64,000 bases of DNA from Candidatus Bathyarchaeia archaeon (GTDB lineage: Archaea; Thermoproteota; Bathyarchaeia; Bathyarchaeales; Bathycorpusculaceae), in the NCBI GenBank assembly GCA_050012755.1, contig JBEKGO010000007.1, positions 1-64,000 of the forward strand, given 5' to 3'. Below, piece by piece: positions 1 to 10,476 of this stretch. Each line of letters starts with the position of its first letter. The stretch's first letter is position 1. The translations under genes and the position numbers were made by a program. The notes under the pieces are model-generated. The model was not told the DNA's origin. It saw nothing but the letters and a program-made list of their open reading frames with translations, and ran no database searches.

Positions 1-82
1 TTCGTTATATGGGGCGAAAGTAGCTGAAACTTCGGGGAAAGTTTTTAGCATAAACCGCGAGCTAAACAGGCAGTTAGCTATT

Positions 83-349
83 TTGGCTCAAACCGTTAAA
101 ATCAGAAAAATCCCAGTTATAATAACAAGTCAAGTGCGAAGCGTTTTTGACCAAGAAAATGGTAGTGTCAGGCCAGTGGCAACAAGAGTTTTGAAGTTTT
201 GGGCCGACAACATAATCGCTCTTAAACCTACCGATTACCTTCAAACGTTTAAGGCGGTTCTTGAAAAGTCGCGGGAAAATACTCAAGAAGTCACCTGTTA
301 TGTAAGAATACTGGAAAGGGGAATAGTAGACGCTGAATTTCAAGGATGA
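83..349 (+). CDS. hypothetical protein (88 aa)
   Basis: TTG-start ORF ending 13 nt before carS on the same strand; no recognisable motif. Confidence 0.6.
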   Translation: MAQTVKIRKIPVIITSQVRSVFDQENGSVRPVATRVLKFWADNIIALKPTDYLQTFKAVLEKSRENTQEVTCYVRILERGIVDAEFQG

Positions 350-362
350 TGGTTGACGCCGC

Positions 363-860
363 ATGGACATAGTTCTCCTGATAGTTGAAGCATTGAAGTT
401 TGTTTTTCCAGCATACTGCGCAAATGGTACGCCAGTGCTTGCCGGAGGAGGAGCAAAAATGGATTTCGGCAAAGATTTTATTGACGGCAAGCGCATTTTC
501 GGAAATAATAAGACTTTCAGGGGTTTCTTTTTCGGTTGGGCTATCGGCATGTTTGTCGGCTCAATTGAGTATGTGGTCTTTCCAGGGTTCCCAGTTTTAT
601 TCATCGTCTTAACACCTTTAGGGGCGCTCTTAGGTGATTTGGCAGGTGCGTTTTTGAAGAGAAGGCTTGGGATTGCACCGGGCGGTTTACTTCCAATCGT
701 TGACCAAATTGACTTTGTTGTTGGCGCTCTGGTGTTTGCGCTTCCACTTATGATCGTGTACTGGCAATTGGCCGTTACTGTTTTGCTGATAACGCCGCCA
801 ATTCACTTGTTTACAAATTTCGTAGCTTACAAAATGAAGCTAAAAAGACACCCGTGGTAA
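363..860 (+). CDS. carS: CDP-archaeol synthase (DUF46/CarS family)
   Basis: PAYCANGTPV, DFGKDFIDGKRIFGNNKTFRG, GDLAGAFLKRRLG and DQIDF motifs; multiple TM segments. Confidence 0.93.
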   Translation: MDIVLLIVEALKFVFPAYCANGTPVLAGGGAKMDFGKDFIDGKRIFGNNKTFRGFFFGWAIGMFVGSIEYVVFPGFPVLFIVLTPLGALLGDLAGAFLKRRLGIAPGGLLPIVDQIDFVVGALVFALPLMIVYWQLAVTVLLITPPIHLFTNFVAYKMKLKRHPW

Positions 861-888
861 CAGAATTTTAAAAAATGAAAAGAGTGGA

Positions 889-1314
889 TTACTGTCCGTT
901 ATTTACTTTGAAGGAGATGCAGCCTTCCAAGAATAAGTACGATAGAAACAGAAATGCTACGCCTATCACTAACATCATATACGCTTGCCTTGGTTTGTAA
1001 GCGCTCTTTGTACTTTGATAAATCATCAGTAGACCAACAAAGCCGAGGGCGTACAAGATCACTGAGATCAGAGTATCTGAGATGAATTGTGAACTTATGC
1101 CTGGATAGAGGAAGTAGAATTTTCCATTATAGTATGCTGAAGGTTGAGGATGATTAATAAGAGTAAACAAGCCTCCGCCAAACATGAAAATCGAATAAGC
1201 AAGGCCAGCTATGGCGGCTACAGTTATTGTTGGTGTTCCTGTTGAGATTCTTCTAAACCACCTGCTCAGCGAAAATGATAGAGACGATGAACTCTTCTTA
1301 ACTTTACTTGACAT
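889..1314 (-). CDS. OST3/OST6 (OSTC/DC2)-like oligosaccharyltransferase accessory membrane subunit
   Basis: 3 TM segments with GGLFTLINHP...F.YPG...QF..D pattern like OST3/OST6/DC2; start taken at ATG 1314 (MSSKVKK). Confidence 0.65.
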   Translation of the reverse strand: MSSKVKKSSSSLSFSLSRWFRRISTGTPTITVAAIAGLAYSIFMFGGGLFTLINHPQPSAYYNGKFYFLYPGISSQFISDTLISVILYALGFVGLLMIYQSTKSAYKPRQAYMMLVIGVAFLFLSYLFLEGCISFKVNNGQ

Positions 1315-1528
1315 TTTGGTCCTCTTCCTCAATTAGATGCTTTGCTACTTCTTTAGCCCATTCTCCTGTTAATGAATTTTTCTGAATCTCAACTAAATAC
1401 TCGTCCCAAGTAATACCTGAAGCTTTGTTCCATACATTCAATTTATCTACAATATTCATGTAAGCTTTCAGATGCAAATTACAAAATCCTTTCTCCTGAA
1501 CATCTCTACCGCAAATTTTGCATTTCAC
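1304..1528 (-). CDS. small Zn-finger protein
   Basis: CKIC...FCNLH; GTG start overlaps the topA stop (GTGA). Confidence 0.7.
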   Translation of the reverse strand: MKCKICGRDVQEKGFCNLHLKAYMNIVDKLNVWNKASGITWDEYLVEIQKNSLTGEWAKEVAKHLIEEEDQNVK

Positions 1529-3600
1529 TGATTTTTCATTCCTTTCAAGGGACAATTAGGATTCAAACATAACTTCCAAGGCTTCTTACCTTTCATCAAT
1601 ACATACACTATCGGACAACCGCAAATTTCACAAGCGCTAGCTAATGGCTTAACTGTTCCAAATTGAGGAAGCGGAAAGACAGCATCACATTTTTTTTCGA
1701 AATAGTTTGTGCAACCAACAAAGCGTTTTCCAGTTTTTTTAGAACGCAAAATTACTAGTTTCCCATCAACGCATTTTGGGCATCGACCGACCGCTTTTTC
1801 GTCTAGCCACGCCTGTTTTATTGCTAGATTTAGTTGTTTTCCAATAACTGATTCTTTTTCTTTAAGTTCTGATGTGACTGGCTTCAGAATTTCGATAACC
1901 TCCTGCAGTACAGCCTCTTTAGTTTCTCGTCCTTTTTGAATTTCTTCCATCTTCGCCTCTAATTCCCTAGTTAATTCAGGGGAAACAACGGTTGGGCAAT
2001 ACTTTGATAAGATTTCTATGACTTCAAACCCGAGGTCAGAAACCACTAGCCTATCTGCGCCATTGACGTATTTGCGGTCGTATAGCGTTTGAATTGTTGC
2101 TGCTCTTGTTGCTTTTGTTCCGATTGCCTCTTTTTCCATTTTCAAAAGTAAAGTCCGCGGGTTATATCGTGCAGGAGGTTTAGAATAATTTTCTTTAAGA
2201 ACCACTTTCGAAACGTAGATATTTTGATGTTCGATTAACGGAGGCAGAACTTCATCTTTCAATTGACCATACGGTTTGTAAAGCCTTACCCATCCTTCAC
2301 TTAGCGTTCTTATTCCAGTTATCTCAAAACAATTCCCGTTAATGCTTATTTTTGCTTTAGTAATTTGGCGAATTGCGGGTTCACCGAAAACAGCCATGAA
2401 CCTCCTAGCAACAAGATCAAAAATGTTCTTTTCTTCCACTTTCAGGGGTTTTTCAGGCAAATTTCCAGTCGGGTAAATCGCTGGGTGGGCTGAGTCAGTT
2501 TTTTGTCCTTCCTGTGGCTTCAATGTCGGTTTTGAAAGCAGCACAGTCGCCTGTTGTGCATAAGCGGGCAATCTACTTAGCTTTCTGAGTATGGCTTCGT
2601 AGCCGATTGTTGGCGGAAGTTTTTGGCTGCTTGTTCTTGGATAAGAAATCAGTGCATTCAAGTAAAGATGTTGAGCGATGTTTGAGGTACGCATCGGCAT
2701 GTAATGGAAAACTCTGTAAGCTTCGCTTTGCAATGTGCCTAAGTCAAAGGGCAAAGGTGGATTCTGCTCAAACTCTTCGACCAATACTTTTTCTATATGA
2801 CCTTCTTTGGTTTTACAAGCATCAACTATTTTCTTTGCTTCTTGCTTGATTTCGAGAGTTTTTTCATATTCCGCTTCACAAGGTGTGCCGTTTATGTTTA
2901 TTTTGGCGGTTATGGTCCAATATGGAGTGGATACGAAGCATTTTATAGTTTTTTCGCGTTCTTCCAAAAACTTCAGTGTGGGTCCTTGCACTCTGCCCGT
3001 GCTTATTGTTGCGTATTGGCGGCTATTATTTGTTACAGCTGTTGTTAGGGCTCTAGAAAGGTTTATGCCATAAAGCCAATCAACTTCATGCCGTGTTAAT
3101 CCAGCTTCTACAAGTGAAAAATCCAAATGAGGCAATAAGTGAGCATATGATTCTTGAAGTTCTTCTCGTGTAAGTGTAGAATATTTCATACGCTTCGCAT
3201 TTTCTTCTTTACCGCCACAAGCATACTTGAGAATGCAGTATCCTATGATGCTGCCTTCAATATCAAAGTCGCAAGCATCCACGAAGTCTTCTGCTTCGAC
3301 TGCTAATTTAGCAATTACTTTGAGCCAAACACGGATCTTTGATGCCCGTCGCTCGGCTAAGTATCTTGGAACCCATTGATAATCAAAAATTGGGTATTCC
3401 CGTTTTGTTTTTTCTTTGCCTACAACGGTGTATAAATGCCCAAGAGCAGGTACAATAATGATGTCGCCGTTTCTGTATACTTGATAGTATGGAACGCCAC
3501 TGTCAAACATCTTTTTGACTTTTCCATCATTGTCCAAAGCTATGGCTATTCTGTTCGCAGCATCGGGTTTTTCAGTTATGATTAACCTGTATTTTCCCAA
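1525..3600 (-). CDS. topA: DNA topoisomerase I (type IA)
   Basis: TOPRIM ITEKP and DFDIEG, STGRVQGP, catalytic ISYPRT, C-terminal Zn ribbons. Confidence 0.97.
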   Translation of the reverse strand: MGKYRLIITEKPDAANRIAIALDNDGKVKKMFDSGVPYYQVYRNGDIIIVPALGHLYTVVGKEKTKREYPIFDYQWVPRYLAERRASKIRVWLKVIAKLAVEAEDFVDACDFDIEGSIIGYCILKYACGGKEENAKRMKYSTLTREELQESYAHLLPHLDFSLVEAGLTRHEVDWLYGINLSRALTTAVTNNSRQYATISTGRVQGPTLKFLEEREKTIKCFVSTPYWTITAKININGTPCEAEYEKTLEIKQEAKKIVDACKTKEGHIEKVLVEEFEQNPPLPFDLGTLQSEAYRVFHYMPMRTSNIAQHLYLNALISYPRTSSQKLPPTIGYEAILRKLSRLPAYAQQATVLLSKPTLKPQEGQKTDSAHPAIYPTGNLPEKPLKVEEKNIFDLVARRFMAVFGEPAIRQITKAKISINGNCFEITGIRTLSEGWVRLYKPYGQLKDEVLPPLIEHQNIYVSKVVLKENYSKPPARYNPRTLLLKMEKEAIGTKATRAATIQTLYDRKYVNGADRLVVSDLGFEVIEILSKYCPTVVSPELTRELEAKMEEIQKGRETKEAVLQEVIEILKPVTSELKEKESVIGKQLNLAIKQAWLDEKAVGRCPKCVDGKLVILRSKKTGKRFVGCTNYFEKKCDAVFPLPQFGTVKPLASACEICGCPIVYVLMKGKKPWKLCLNPNCPLKGMKNQ

Positions 3601-3753
3601 AGTCTATTAGACCACTCTTAACACTCCAAATAATCTTTCTCTTAAAATAAGCTTTATACATCTTGCAGCTTGCCAAGTAAGTTTCAGTTGCAGACTAATT
3701 ATTTTAGCAAGCAATAAATAGCCCATACTAATGTATTTAGCGGGGGATTTGGG

Positions 3754-3930
3754 ATGCCGCAACGTGTTATTTGTCATGGATGCAATCACATTTTATATGA
3801 AGGCACTGAACTTAAACCGCCAGATGAAATTATTTCTCAAAACGGTGGAAAATGCCCAAAATGCAGCAGAAAACTTTCATTGCTGCCACTAGATGTTGAA
3901 GTAATACCTCTACCTAAACGTAGACAATAA
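3754..3930 (+). CDS. small Zn-ribbon protein (58 aa, not in ORF track)
   Basis: Hand translation MPQRVICHGCNHILYEGTELKPPDEIISQNGGKCPKCSRKLSLLPLDVEVIPLPKRRQ*; CxxC...CPxC; G-rich SD-like sequence upstream. Confidence 0.75.
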   Translation: MPQRVICHGCNHILYEGTELKPPDEIISQNGGKCPKCSRKLSLLPLDVEVIPLPKRRQ

Positions 3931-4157
3931 TCTCGACCCGAAAGAGCAGGAAATTCATTTAGCAGAATTCTGAAACAAGGATACAAACCTGAAAAAACGC
4001 TTTGCAAGAGTCTGTTTTTTTCCAAATCTTCTACTAATAAGATGTTGGCTTGTTTAACTTAGGATGGCAAGCCATTTTAATTCATTGTGGAAAGCCATAA
4101 ATAAACGTTGAATGTCTATAAATTAAGAAAAGTAACTTAGGACATAATTAACTACCT

Positions 4158-6488
4158 GTGAGATGGCTTAAAGTGGGGGAAGGAATTAAAGATAAACTTA
4201 GTAACCGTTTGGCACCATTTAGTAGACTACGCGTACAGTTAAGCCACGGTCAAATTATTGCGATGTCTGCGTTAGCAATAATACTTTTCGTTGCTTTTGT
4301 CATTCGCATTTTGCCTTTACGCTGGGAAAATCTATCAGGAGGAACCGCACTCCTTAACGAATTTGACCCATACTATCAATTCGGTATTACCCAGCATATG
4401 GTTAACTACGGTTTGCTTTCACCTTATACTGGATCGGGATGGGTCAACATGCAGCTATGGTATCCATACGGATACAACATGGCTACTTCTTTACCGTCAA
4501 CACCGATGACAGGCGCCGTTCTCTATGACATATTCAAGTTATTTGGCGCAAACATCGATTTAATGACGTTTTGCTCATTGATACCTCCTTTCATTGGTGT
4601 AATTTCATGTCTTGTAATATACTTCTTGGGCAAGGACATAGGAGGAAAAACAGTTGGTTTATTCGCTGCTTTGCTCTTGGCTCTCGAGCCTTCAATCGTC
4701 CAAAGAACCTCTCTGGGATTCTTTGATACACAAGTTGTAGGAACATTAGGTCTTGTCCTGTTTATTTTTCTGTTTCTAAGGGCAATCGACGACAATAGAT
4801 CTATTCGTGCTTCAGTGTTATACTCATTAAGTGCTGGTGCCGCATTAGCTTATTTCATCGGAGGTTGGGGAGGAGCATACTACATACTTGGCTTAAGCGT
4901 ATTGTTCACTTTCGTAATGATTTTAATGAAAAGATACAGTCAAAGACTTTTACTTAGTTATAGCATAACGTTTGGTCTTGGATTATTTATTGCAACGAAA
5001 ATCCCATACATCTCGCTGAGTTACCTAACTACTTATGCAGTTCTTCCGATAGCTGCAGGATTTCTATTGCTTCTTGTTTCAGAAACACTGCGTCAGAACT
5101 TATCGGCGAAAACCAAAATAACACTAGCGGCTTCGGCAATAGCTGTAATTGTCGGCGGCGCTATTGTCCTGTGGGTAACTGGATACCTTGGCAGAATCGC
5201 GGGAAAATTCGACACAGTTCTCGACCCCTTCATCAGAGCCACTGCCCCTATAATTAATTCAGTTGCGGAACAACAAATTTCAGCTTGGGGAAACATCTAC
5301 ATTGAACTCGGCATTGGCATATTGTTCTTCCTTATCGGCTTATACTTAATAATTAGGAATCCAACTAACAGAAACGTTTTCTTAATTATTTTCAGTGTAA
5401 CATCGCTTTATTTCGCGGCTTCAATGGTGCGACTACTCGCAATTTTTGCACCTGCCTTCGCAATTGCAGCAGCAATAGGCATTTTGGGAGTGCTAAAGCC
5501 ATTTTACACTTTGCTAAAAGAAAGCCCACGCAGCATTGCAAAAACAAAACGGAAACTGGCACGAGTGAGTAAGGAATACAGTGGTGTAGCAATATTCATA
5601 ATATTTATGATGTTGGTAACAAGCTTAGCTTTCTCGCCACAAACCGGTGGATTGCCACGAACTGTCAGCCAAGCTTTCGCACCTACAGCAATTAGCGGTT
5701 CAAGCCTTCCAATAGGCGGTTCATCTTTAACTACGTCTGTGGATGCATGGCCTAACGCGCTAGATTGGGTGAAAGCACATGTTCCCTCAAACAATGTAGT
5801 GGTTTCTTGGTGGGACTATGGCTTCTGGTTAACATACCTTGGAAACTGCACAACACTAAATGACAATACAACGGAAAACACTACGCAAATTGAAAACGTA
5901 GGATTCATCTTCATGGCCAACGAAACCCAAGCAATGCAGATGCTAAGCACCTACAATAACAAAGACAATCCTGGACGCGTCAATTACATCTTAGTCTTCA
6001 CTACCCTTCAGATAGAACAATCAAGCAGTAGCTCCTCATCATACGTTACAATCCCAGCCGGATATGGTGATGAAGGAAAATGGGTATGGATGGCAAGAAT
6101 TTCAGGCGGAGCAGAAAACAGGCTAATAAATGAAAGCTTCATGAACCCATCAACAGCATGGACAGATGAAAAAACCTTTGGTCAAACCGATAACTCAACA
6201 GGAAGATGGGACTGGAACGATCAAGGATTAAACTGCACAGTAGAGGAATTAATGAGCTATGCAGAAGTGTCATACGACAACCATTGGACCAGCGAAGGCA
6301 TCACTATTTCACCTTACAGCACAGCGACACAGCCAACTTACTTTAAAACAGCTTACATCGGAGGCTTAGATACATCGCCATTCCAGTACGGAGGAATAGT
6401 GCCATTAGTAGCTATCTACTCAATTGACTGGGATGCATACTATGCGGCCACAAACTCGACAGGAACAGGACATACTCCAACTTCATAA
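4158..6488 (+). CDS. aglB: oligosaccharyltransferase AglB/STT3
   Basis: EFDPYY, GFFD, SVAE and WWDYG motifs; many N-terminal TMs and a soluble C-terminal domain; start uncertain. Confidence 0.96.
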   Translation: MRWLKVGEGIKDKLSNRLAPFSRLRVQLSHGQIIAMSALAIILFVAFVIRILPLRWENLSGGTALLNEFDPYYQFGITQHMVNYGLLSPYTGSGWVNMQLWYPYGYNMATSLPSTPMTGAVLYDIFKLFGANIDLMTFCSLIPPFIGVISCLVIYFLGKDIGGKTVGLFAALLLALEPSIVQRTSLGFFDTQVVGTLGLVLFIFLFLRAIDDNRSIRASVLYSLSAGAALAYFIGGWGGAYYILGLSVLFTFVMILMKRYSQRLLLSYSITFGLGLFIATKIPYISLSYLTTYAVLPIAAGFLLLLVSETLRQNLSAKTKITLAASAIAVIVGGAIVLWVTGYLGRIAGKFDTVLDPFIRATAPIINSVAEQQISAWGNIYIELGIGILFFLIGLYLIIRNPTNRNVFLIIFSVTSLYFAASMVRLLAIFAPAFAIAAAIGILGVLKPFYTLLKESPRSIAKTKRKLARVSKEYSGVAIFIIFMMLVTSLAFSPQTGGLPRTVSQAFAPTAISGSSLPIGGSSLTTSVDAWPNALDWVKAHVPSNNVVVSWWDYGFWLTYLGNCTTLNDNTTENTTQIENVGFIFMANETQAMQMLSTYNNKDNPGRVNYILVFTTLQIEQSSSSSSSYVTIPAGYGDEGKWVWMARISGGAENRLINESFMNPSTAWTDEKTFGQTDNSTGRWDWNDQGLNCTVEELMSYAEVSYDNHWTSEGITISPYSTATQPTYFKTAYIGGLDTSPFQYGGIVPLVAIYSIDWDAYYAATNSTGTGHTPTS

Positions 6489-6505
6489 GACAAGGAAGCG
6501 ACCAT

Positions 6506-7387
6506 GTGTTTCCAAGGGTTCCTGATCAACACAAAGTTGGTCAACCTTTAATCCCCAACGGTTTAGGCGTAGTTTACGTCCTATTCACAACCATCTATCT
6601 TTTTACGATTTACTTCTCCAACAAAGTTTTTGATTTAGGGTTAGACACTTCGGTACTTGGTGTTTCTGGCGCATTAACTCTAGCTGTTTGCATATTGTTT
6701 GGTGGTTTCATGGGCCTTTTAGATGACTTTATGGATTTGAAATGGCGCTACAAAGCATTCATGCCCTTAATTGCAGCCCTACCGCTCATGTATTATGCCC
6801 TAGAAAATCCCGTGATTAGAACTTCAATAGCAGTACCGTTTGTTGGAACAATACAGTTAGGAGATGCATACATTTTCTTGATTATTCCACTGATAGTTAT
6901 GATAGTAACAAACACCATAAACATGTTAGGCGGCTTAAATGGGTTAGAGACAATATGCCCCGCCATAGTCATTTTAGGGCTAATGGCTTTATCATCCTCC
7001 TACATTCTGATGGTCGGCCCACTATTATTTTGGCTAATTTTGGCTTACTTTAATTACAACGGCAAGATATTTGTGGGCAACTCAGGATCTTTCGCCATAG
7101 GTCTAACGATTGCATCATTCGCCATCATTTCAGATTTGAAACTAAGCTTGCTAGTTTCGATTATTCCGTACATTTTTAATTCTTCACTAATATTGTTGAC
7201 AATTTTCTTTACACGCAAAAGAGCAGCCCTACGTTTTGATGGCAAAAAACTGTCATCTGACCACAGAAAAAGTTTAGCCACATTAATTACTTATCATCAT
7301 CCATTAAGCGAGCGGCAAGTGGTCATAATTATATCGGGAATGATTGGACTTTTCACTTTGTTCGGCTTTTTAATTGAATTTTGGTAA
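6506..7387 (+). CDS. aglH: UDP-HexNAc:polyprenol-phosphate HexNAc-1-P transferase (AglH/GPT/MraY family)
   Basis: DQHK..P.IP, GLLDD, NTINMLGGLNGLE, IFVGNSG; directly downstream of aglB. Confidence 0.8.
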   Translation: MFPRVPDQHKVGQPLIPNGLGVVYVLFTTIYLFTIYFSNKVFDLGLDTSVLGVSGALTLAVCILFGGFMGLLDDFMDLKWRYKAFMPLIAALPLMYYALENPVIRTSIAVPFVGTIQLGDAYIFLIIPLIVMIVTNTINMLGGLNGLETICPAIVILGLMALSSSYILMVGPLLFWLILAYFNYNGKIFVGNSGSFAIGLTIASFAIISDLKLSLLVSIIPYIFNSSLILLTIFFTRKRAALRFDGKKLSSDHRKSLATLITYHHPLSERQVVIIISGMIGLFTLFGFLIEFW

Positions 7388-10093
7388 TTATGCAAGGAAT
7401 CTTTCCAGTTTTGTCAAGCCAATAATTTCGTCAAAACTTAAGCCTAGGGCATCCAACACTTGATCGAAAGTGGCACGCAAATAGGCAATATATTTGTCAA
7501 CGTCAACTTCGTTTCTTGATGTCAACTCAACAGGTTTCACATGCGGTTCCCTAATAACTTTAACAAAACTGATTAAGTCGCCTGTATGCAACTCTTTTCC
7601 GCTTTCTTGCAGGATTCTTGCAGCTTTCACGTGTTGAGGCGTGGTTTTTGTATAACTTGAGAGTTCATCGCCCAATGCAACATGAAATGCAAGCTCACTA
7701 ATGTCTGCCCATTCTCTACGTTTCAGCCTTGTGTAGCGTTCACGTATTATTTCTGCAATTTCTTTTCGGGCTTTTTCGAAATCAGCGGGACTCTTAACTC
7801 TGGCGAGCGTCTCTTTCATTTTGTTAAAAGCATCTTTAATGTAAATTGGTATGTGTTTTTTCTTGCCTGTCAAGCCTTTAACGTCAACAGTCCCGTCTTC
7901 CAAGACGCCGAGGTAATTCTTTTTGCGAGAACTGAAAACTGCGTAGCGGTAGACTTTGTCTACGTCTATGCCCATGTTTAATTCATGTTCTGTAAAGCTG
8001 ACAACTTCTTCAATTTGCTCCTTTGACGGGTTTTTAAGAAAGAGGCTGTCCGTATCGCCGTAAAGAACCTGGATACCAACTGATTCGGCATGTTTGAGTA
8101 TTTGCGTGATTGAGTATCTGCCGATGGCGGCCGTGGCTTCAGCAACTGGCGGGCAGTATAGGTCAAAGCTGTCAGCGCCAAAAACACCATAACTAGCGTT
8201 CAGAATGACTTTTAGCGCTCCCTGAGTAGTGTTGTACCAGCTTCTCAGTTCAGAGGGCAAAGTTTTGTCTTTTGCTCGACTCTTATACCATTTTACACGC
8301 AAATCACGAAGCGACCCGATAAGTAGGCTTTCAAGTGCCCGTTTTTCCGTGCATACCCAATGTTGAGTGTCTGGAATGATGTGTCCTTTGCATCCCGGAT
8401 GGTCGCAACAGATGGATTGATAACCTAAATTCCAAACCTTTATGATTGATGGATACAGGCTTGGGAAGTCCATCACGGCGACATTGAAGTGCACGCCGGG
8501 CGTGGGCTCCACGACAATAGCGCCCTTGTACTTCTTACCCTTAATAACCGCGGTTGTGGAAGTCTTCCCTTTCTTGGTAAGAATATCTTCGGCGTTGGGG
8601 ATTAACATGTTTCTTTTTCGGTGTTCTCGGTGCATGAAGTTGCGTATCCAGCGGCTTACGCCTTGGCGACTTACATCCTCCATTGGCATGCTAGCGATTC
8701 TTGTTAGAATAAGGATAAGTTTCATCGCTGAATCGTTGTCAAAACTAGTCAGTTTGTAAGTAATCTCTGAGTCTCGCAGGCAGTAGGCTGCAAGTTCAGA
8801 ATACGTTAAATCTCCGAACGTTTTGTCCAGATGAATCTTCTGTTCGCCTAAAAGGGCATTGCTTACGTCGTCAAGCGTTACGTCTCGATATCGGTTGTTG
8901 TAAGCATAGATTTGAACTGATCTGTTAAAAAAGAACTTGTACAGATCAATGTGAACACCGTATCTTAACAGGCAGACTCGTTTGCCTACTTCTATTGGAA
9001 TTTCATTTCTTCTAAAGCCCAAGTTCATTGCTCTGTGGGCTAAATAGCGGAGGTCAAAGTCGTCGCCGTTGAAAGTTAAAATAAACGGGTAGTCAGATAG
9101 AAAATCAAATGTTTTTTTAAGCAGGTAGTGCTCGGTTTCGCAAAACTCTACGTCTATGTCTGGAGCTAAATGCTGATTGCCTTCACGAATTCCTTCTCGC
9201 TTAAGAATAAGCACTTTTTTCACGCCGTCTGAGCCATAAACTGAAACGGCAATTACTGGGCAAGCGCCCTCTCTCGCATCAGGCATTCTTGAGGATAATG
9301 GCGAATAAACTTCAATGTCTAAAGCCGCTCTTCTGAACTTTGGGGCTGGATACTCCAGCAGTGTTGCCCACATTTCAGCGTATCCGCGTTCTTCTTCGGT
9401 GCATTCTTTGAAAAGAGTTCTTATTTGGTTCAGATTCTCTTTTGCTTCTTCAAGAACTGTAGGAATTAGATCGCCATTCTTAATTTCGTAAATCATTCCG
9501 GGCAGTAGTTGTCGGTCGTAAATGTACGATTGATAATACTTTATTTTTGATTCCCAGACCTTGACTTCTTCAGAAGGTATGTTGCAAACGTTGGGGGCAT
9601 CTTCAGGAATTATGTCTCTGATTGTGCCTTGTGGTCTGCCTCCGATTGCTAAGGGGTCATTTGCAATTATTTTTGTTACCTGAATTTTTTTGTTATTTAA
9701 GGGGTCATATTTTTCGAGAACTTCAAAACGGTCAAAGCCTTCATGGTTAACGAGACGGTCGATTTTTTCTAAATCACTCTTCTTTAAATTTGTTAAACAG
9801 TAGGGTTTGTGACCTGTATTGTCATACCAAAAATAGATTTGGCCTGATTCAGGCTCATAAAGTTTGATAACTGCTTTTTTTTGGCGTCCATCGTAGGAGG
9901 CTGAAACAAAATATGATGGCGGCAGGTTTTCGGGTGCTATGGGTGGAAAACTGCGTGGCTTCTTTTCTTGTGAGTATTCTTCAGTTTTGGTAATAACTGG
10001 TGATGACGGGACTGAAGCTGCCGCTTTAGCTTCTTCTTTTACAGTAGGTTTAGCTTTTTCACTGGTACAGTAATCTAAGAGAGTGCGCGCCAT
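7388..10093 (-). CDS. polB: family B DNA polymerase (PolB1 type)
   Basis: Exo I DIEVY, Exo II FNGDDFD, DFPSLYPSII, KVILNASYG, YGDTDS, KKNY. Confidence 0.97.
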   Translation of the reverse strand: MARTLLDYCTSEKAKPTVKEEAKAAASVPSSPVITKTEEYSQEKKPRSFPPIAPENLPPSYFVSASYDGRQKKAVIKLYEPESGQIYFWYDNTGHKPYCLTNLKKSDLEKIDRLVNHEGFDRFEVLEKYDPLNNKKIQVTKIIANDPLAIGGRPQGTIRDIIPEDAPNVCNIPSEEVKVWESKIKYYQSYIYDRQLLPGMIYEIKNGDLIPTVLEEAKENLNQIRTLFKECTEEERGYAEMWATLLEYPAPKFRRAALDIEVYSPLSSRMPDAREGACPVIAVSVYGSDGVKKVLILKREGIREGNQHLAPDIDVEFCETEHYLLKKTFDFLSDYPFILTFNGDDFDLRYLAHRAMNLGFRRNEIPIEVGKRVCLLRYGVHIDLYKFFFNRSVQIYAYNNRYRDVTLDDVSNALLGEQKIHLDKTFGDLTYSELAAYCLRDSEITYKLTSFDNDSAMKLILILTRIASMPMEDVSRQGVSRWIRNFMHREHRKRNMLIPNAEDILTKKGKTSTTAVIKGKKYKGAIVVEPTPGVHFNVAVMDFPSLYPSIIKVWNLGYQSICCDHPGCKGHIIPDTQHWVCTEKRALESLLIGSLRDLRVKWYKSRAKDKTLPSELRSWYNTTQGALKVILNASYGVFGADSFDLYCPPVAEATAAIGRYSITQILKHAESVGIQVLYGDTDSLFLKNPSKEQIEEVVSFTEHELNMGIDVDKVYRYAVFSSRKKNYLGVLEDGTVDVKGLTGKKKHIPIYIKDAFNKMKETLARVKSPADFEKARKEIAEIIRERYTRLKRREWADISELAFHVALGDELSSYTKTTPQHVKAARILQESGKELHTGDLISFVKVIREPHVKPVELTSRNEVDVDKYIAYLRATFDQVLDALGLSFDEIIGLTKLERFLA

Positions 10094-10298
10094 CCCCGTT
10101 TAACCTTGGCTTCATTATGGCACATTGTAACTAAAAACCTTAGTGACAAAAACTACCAATTAGGCATGGCTCTTTGCAAATGCAGAGACAAAAAAGATTC
10201 CATCTTTAACGAGAGTAACTACACTGAATTCCTTTTTGAAAAAATAAAATTTTGAATTTGAAGCTTTTTCTTCAATTTTGCGCTTTGCCGTTTTGGAT

Positions 10299-10329
10299 GG
10301 GGCTTGGGTTGGGCTTGGGTTGGGCTTGG
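10299..10329. repeat. short tandem repeat (GGGCTT/GGGTT units)
   Basis: ggggcttgggttgggcttgggttgggcttgg visible directly. Confidence 0.6.
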
Positions 10330-10382
10330 ATTAGTGAATGCTTGGATATGGCGGCTTTTTTGTTTTTGAAGTTGTGAAGGAA

Positions 10383-10445
10383 TTTGACGTGTTTCTGCGT
10401 TGTTTTGACGTGATTTTGCGCATCTTTAACGTGTGTTTGCGTATT
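10383..10445. repeat. three degenerate 21-bp tandem repeats
   Basis: tttgacgtgtttctgcgttgt / tttgacgtgattttgcgcatc / tttaacgtgtgtttgcgtatt. Confidence 0.65.
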
Positions 10446-10476
10446 TTCAACGAACAAAAAATTTGTGTCAACACCC

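Noticed and set aside
7388-10093. Intein in PolB (or TopA)
   Set aside because: Normal lengths, uninterrupted motifs, no intein signature seen
10383-10445. 21-bp repeats as a CRISPR array
   Set aside because: Contiguous degenerate repeats without spacers; no cas genes
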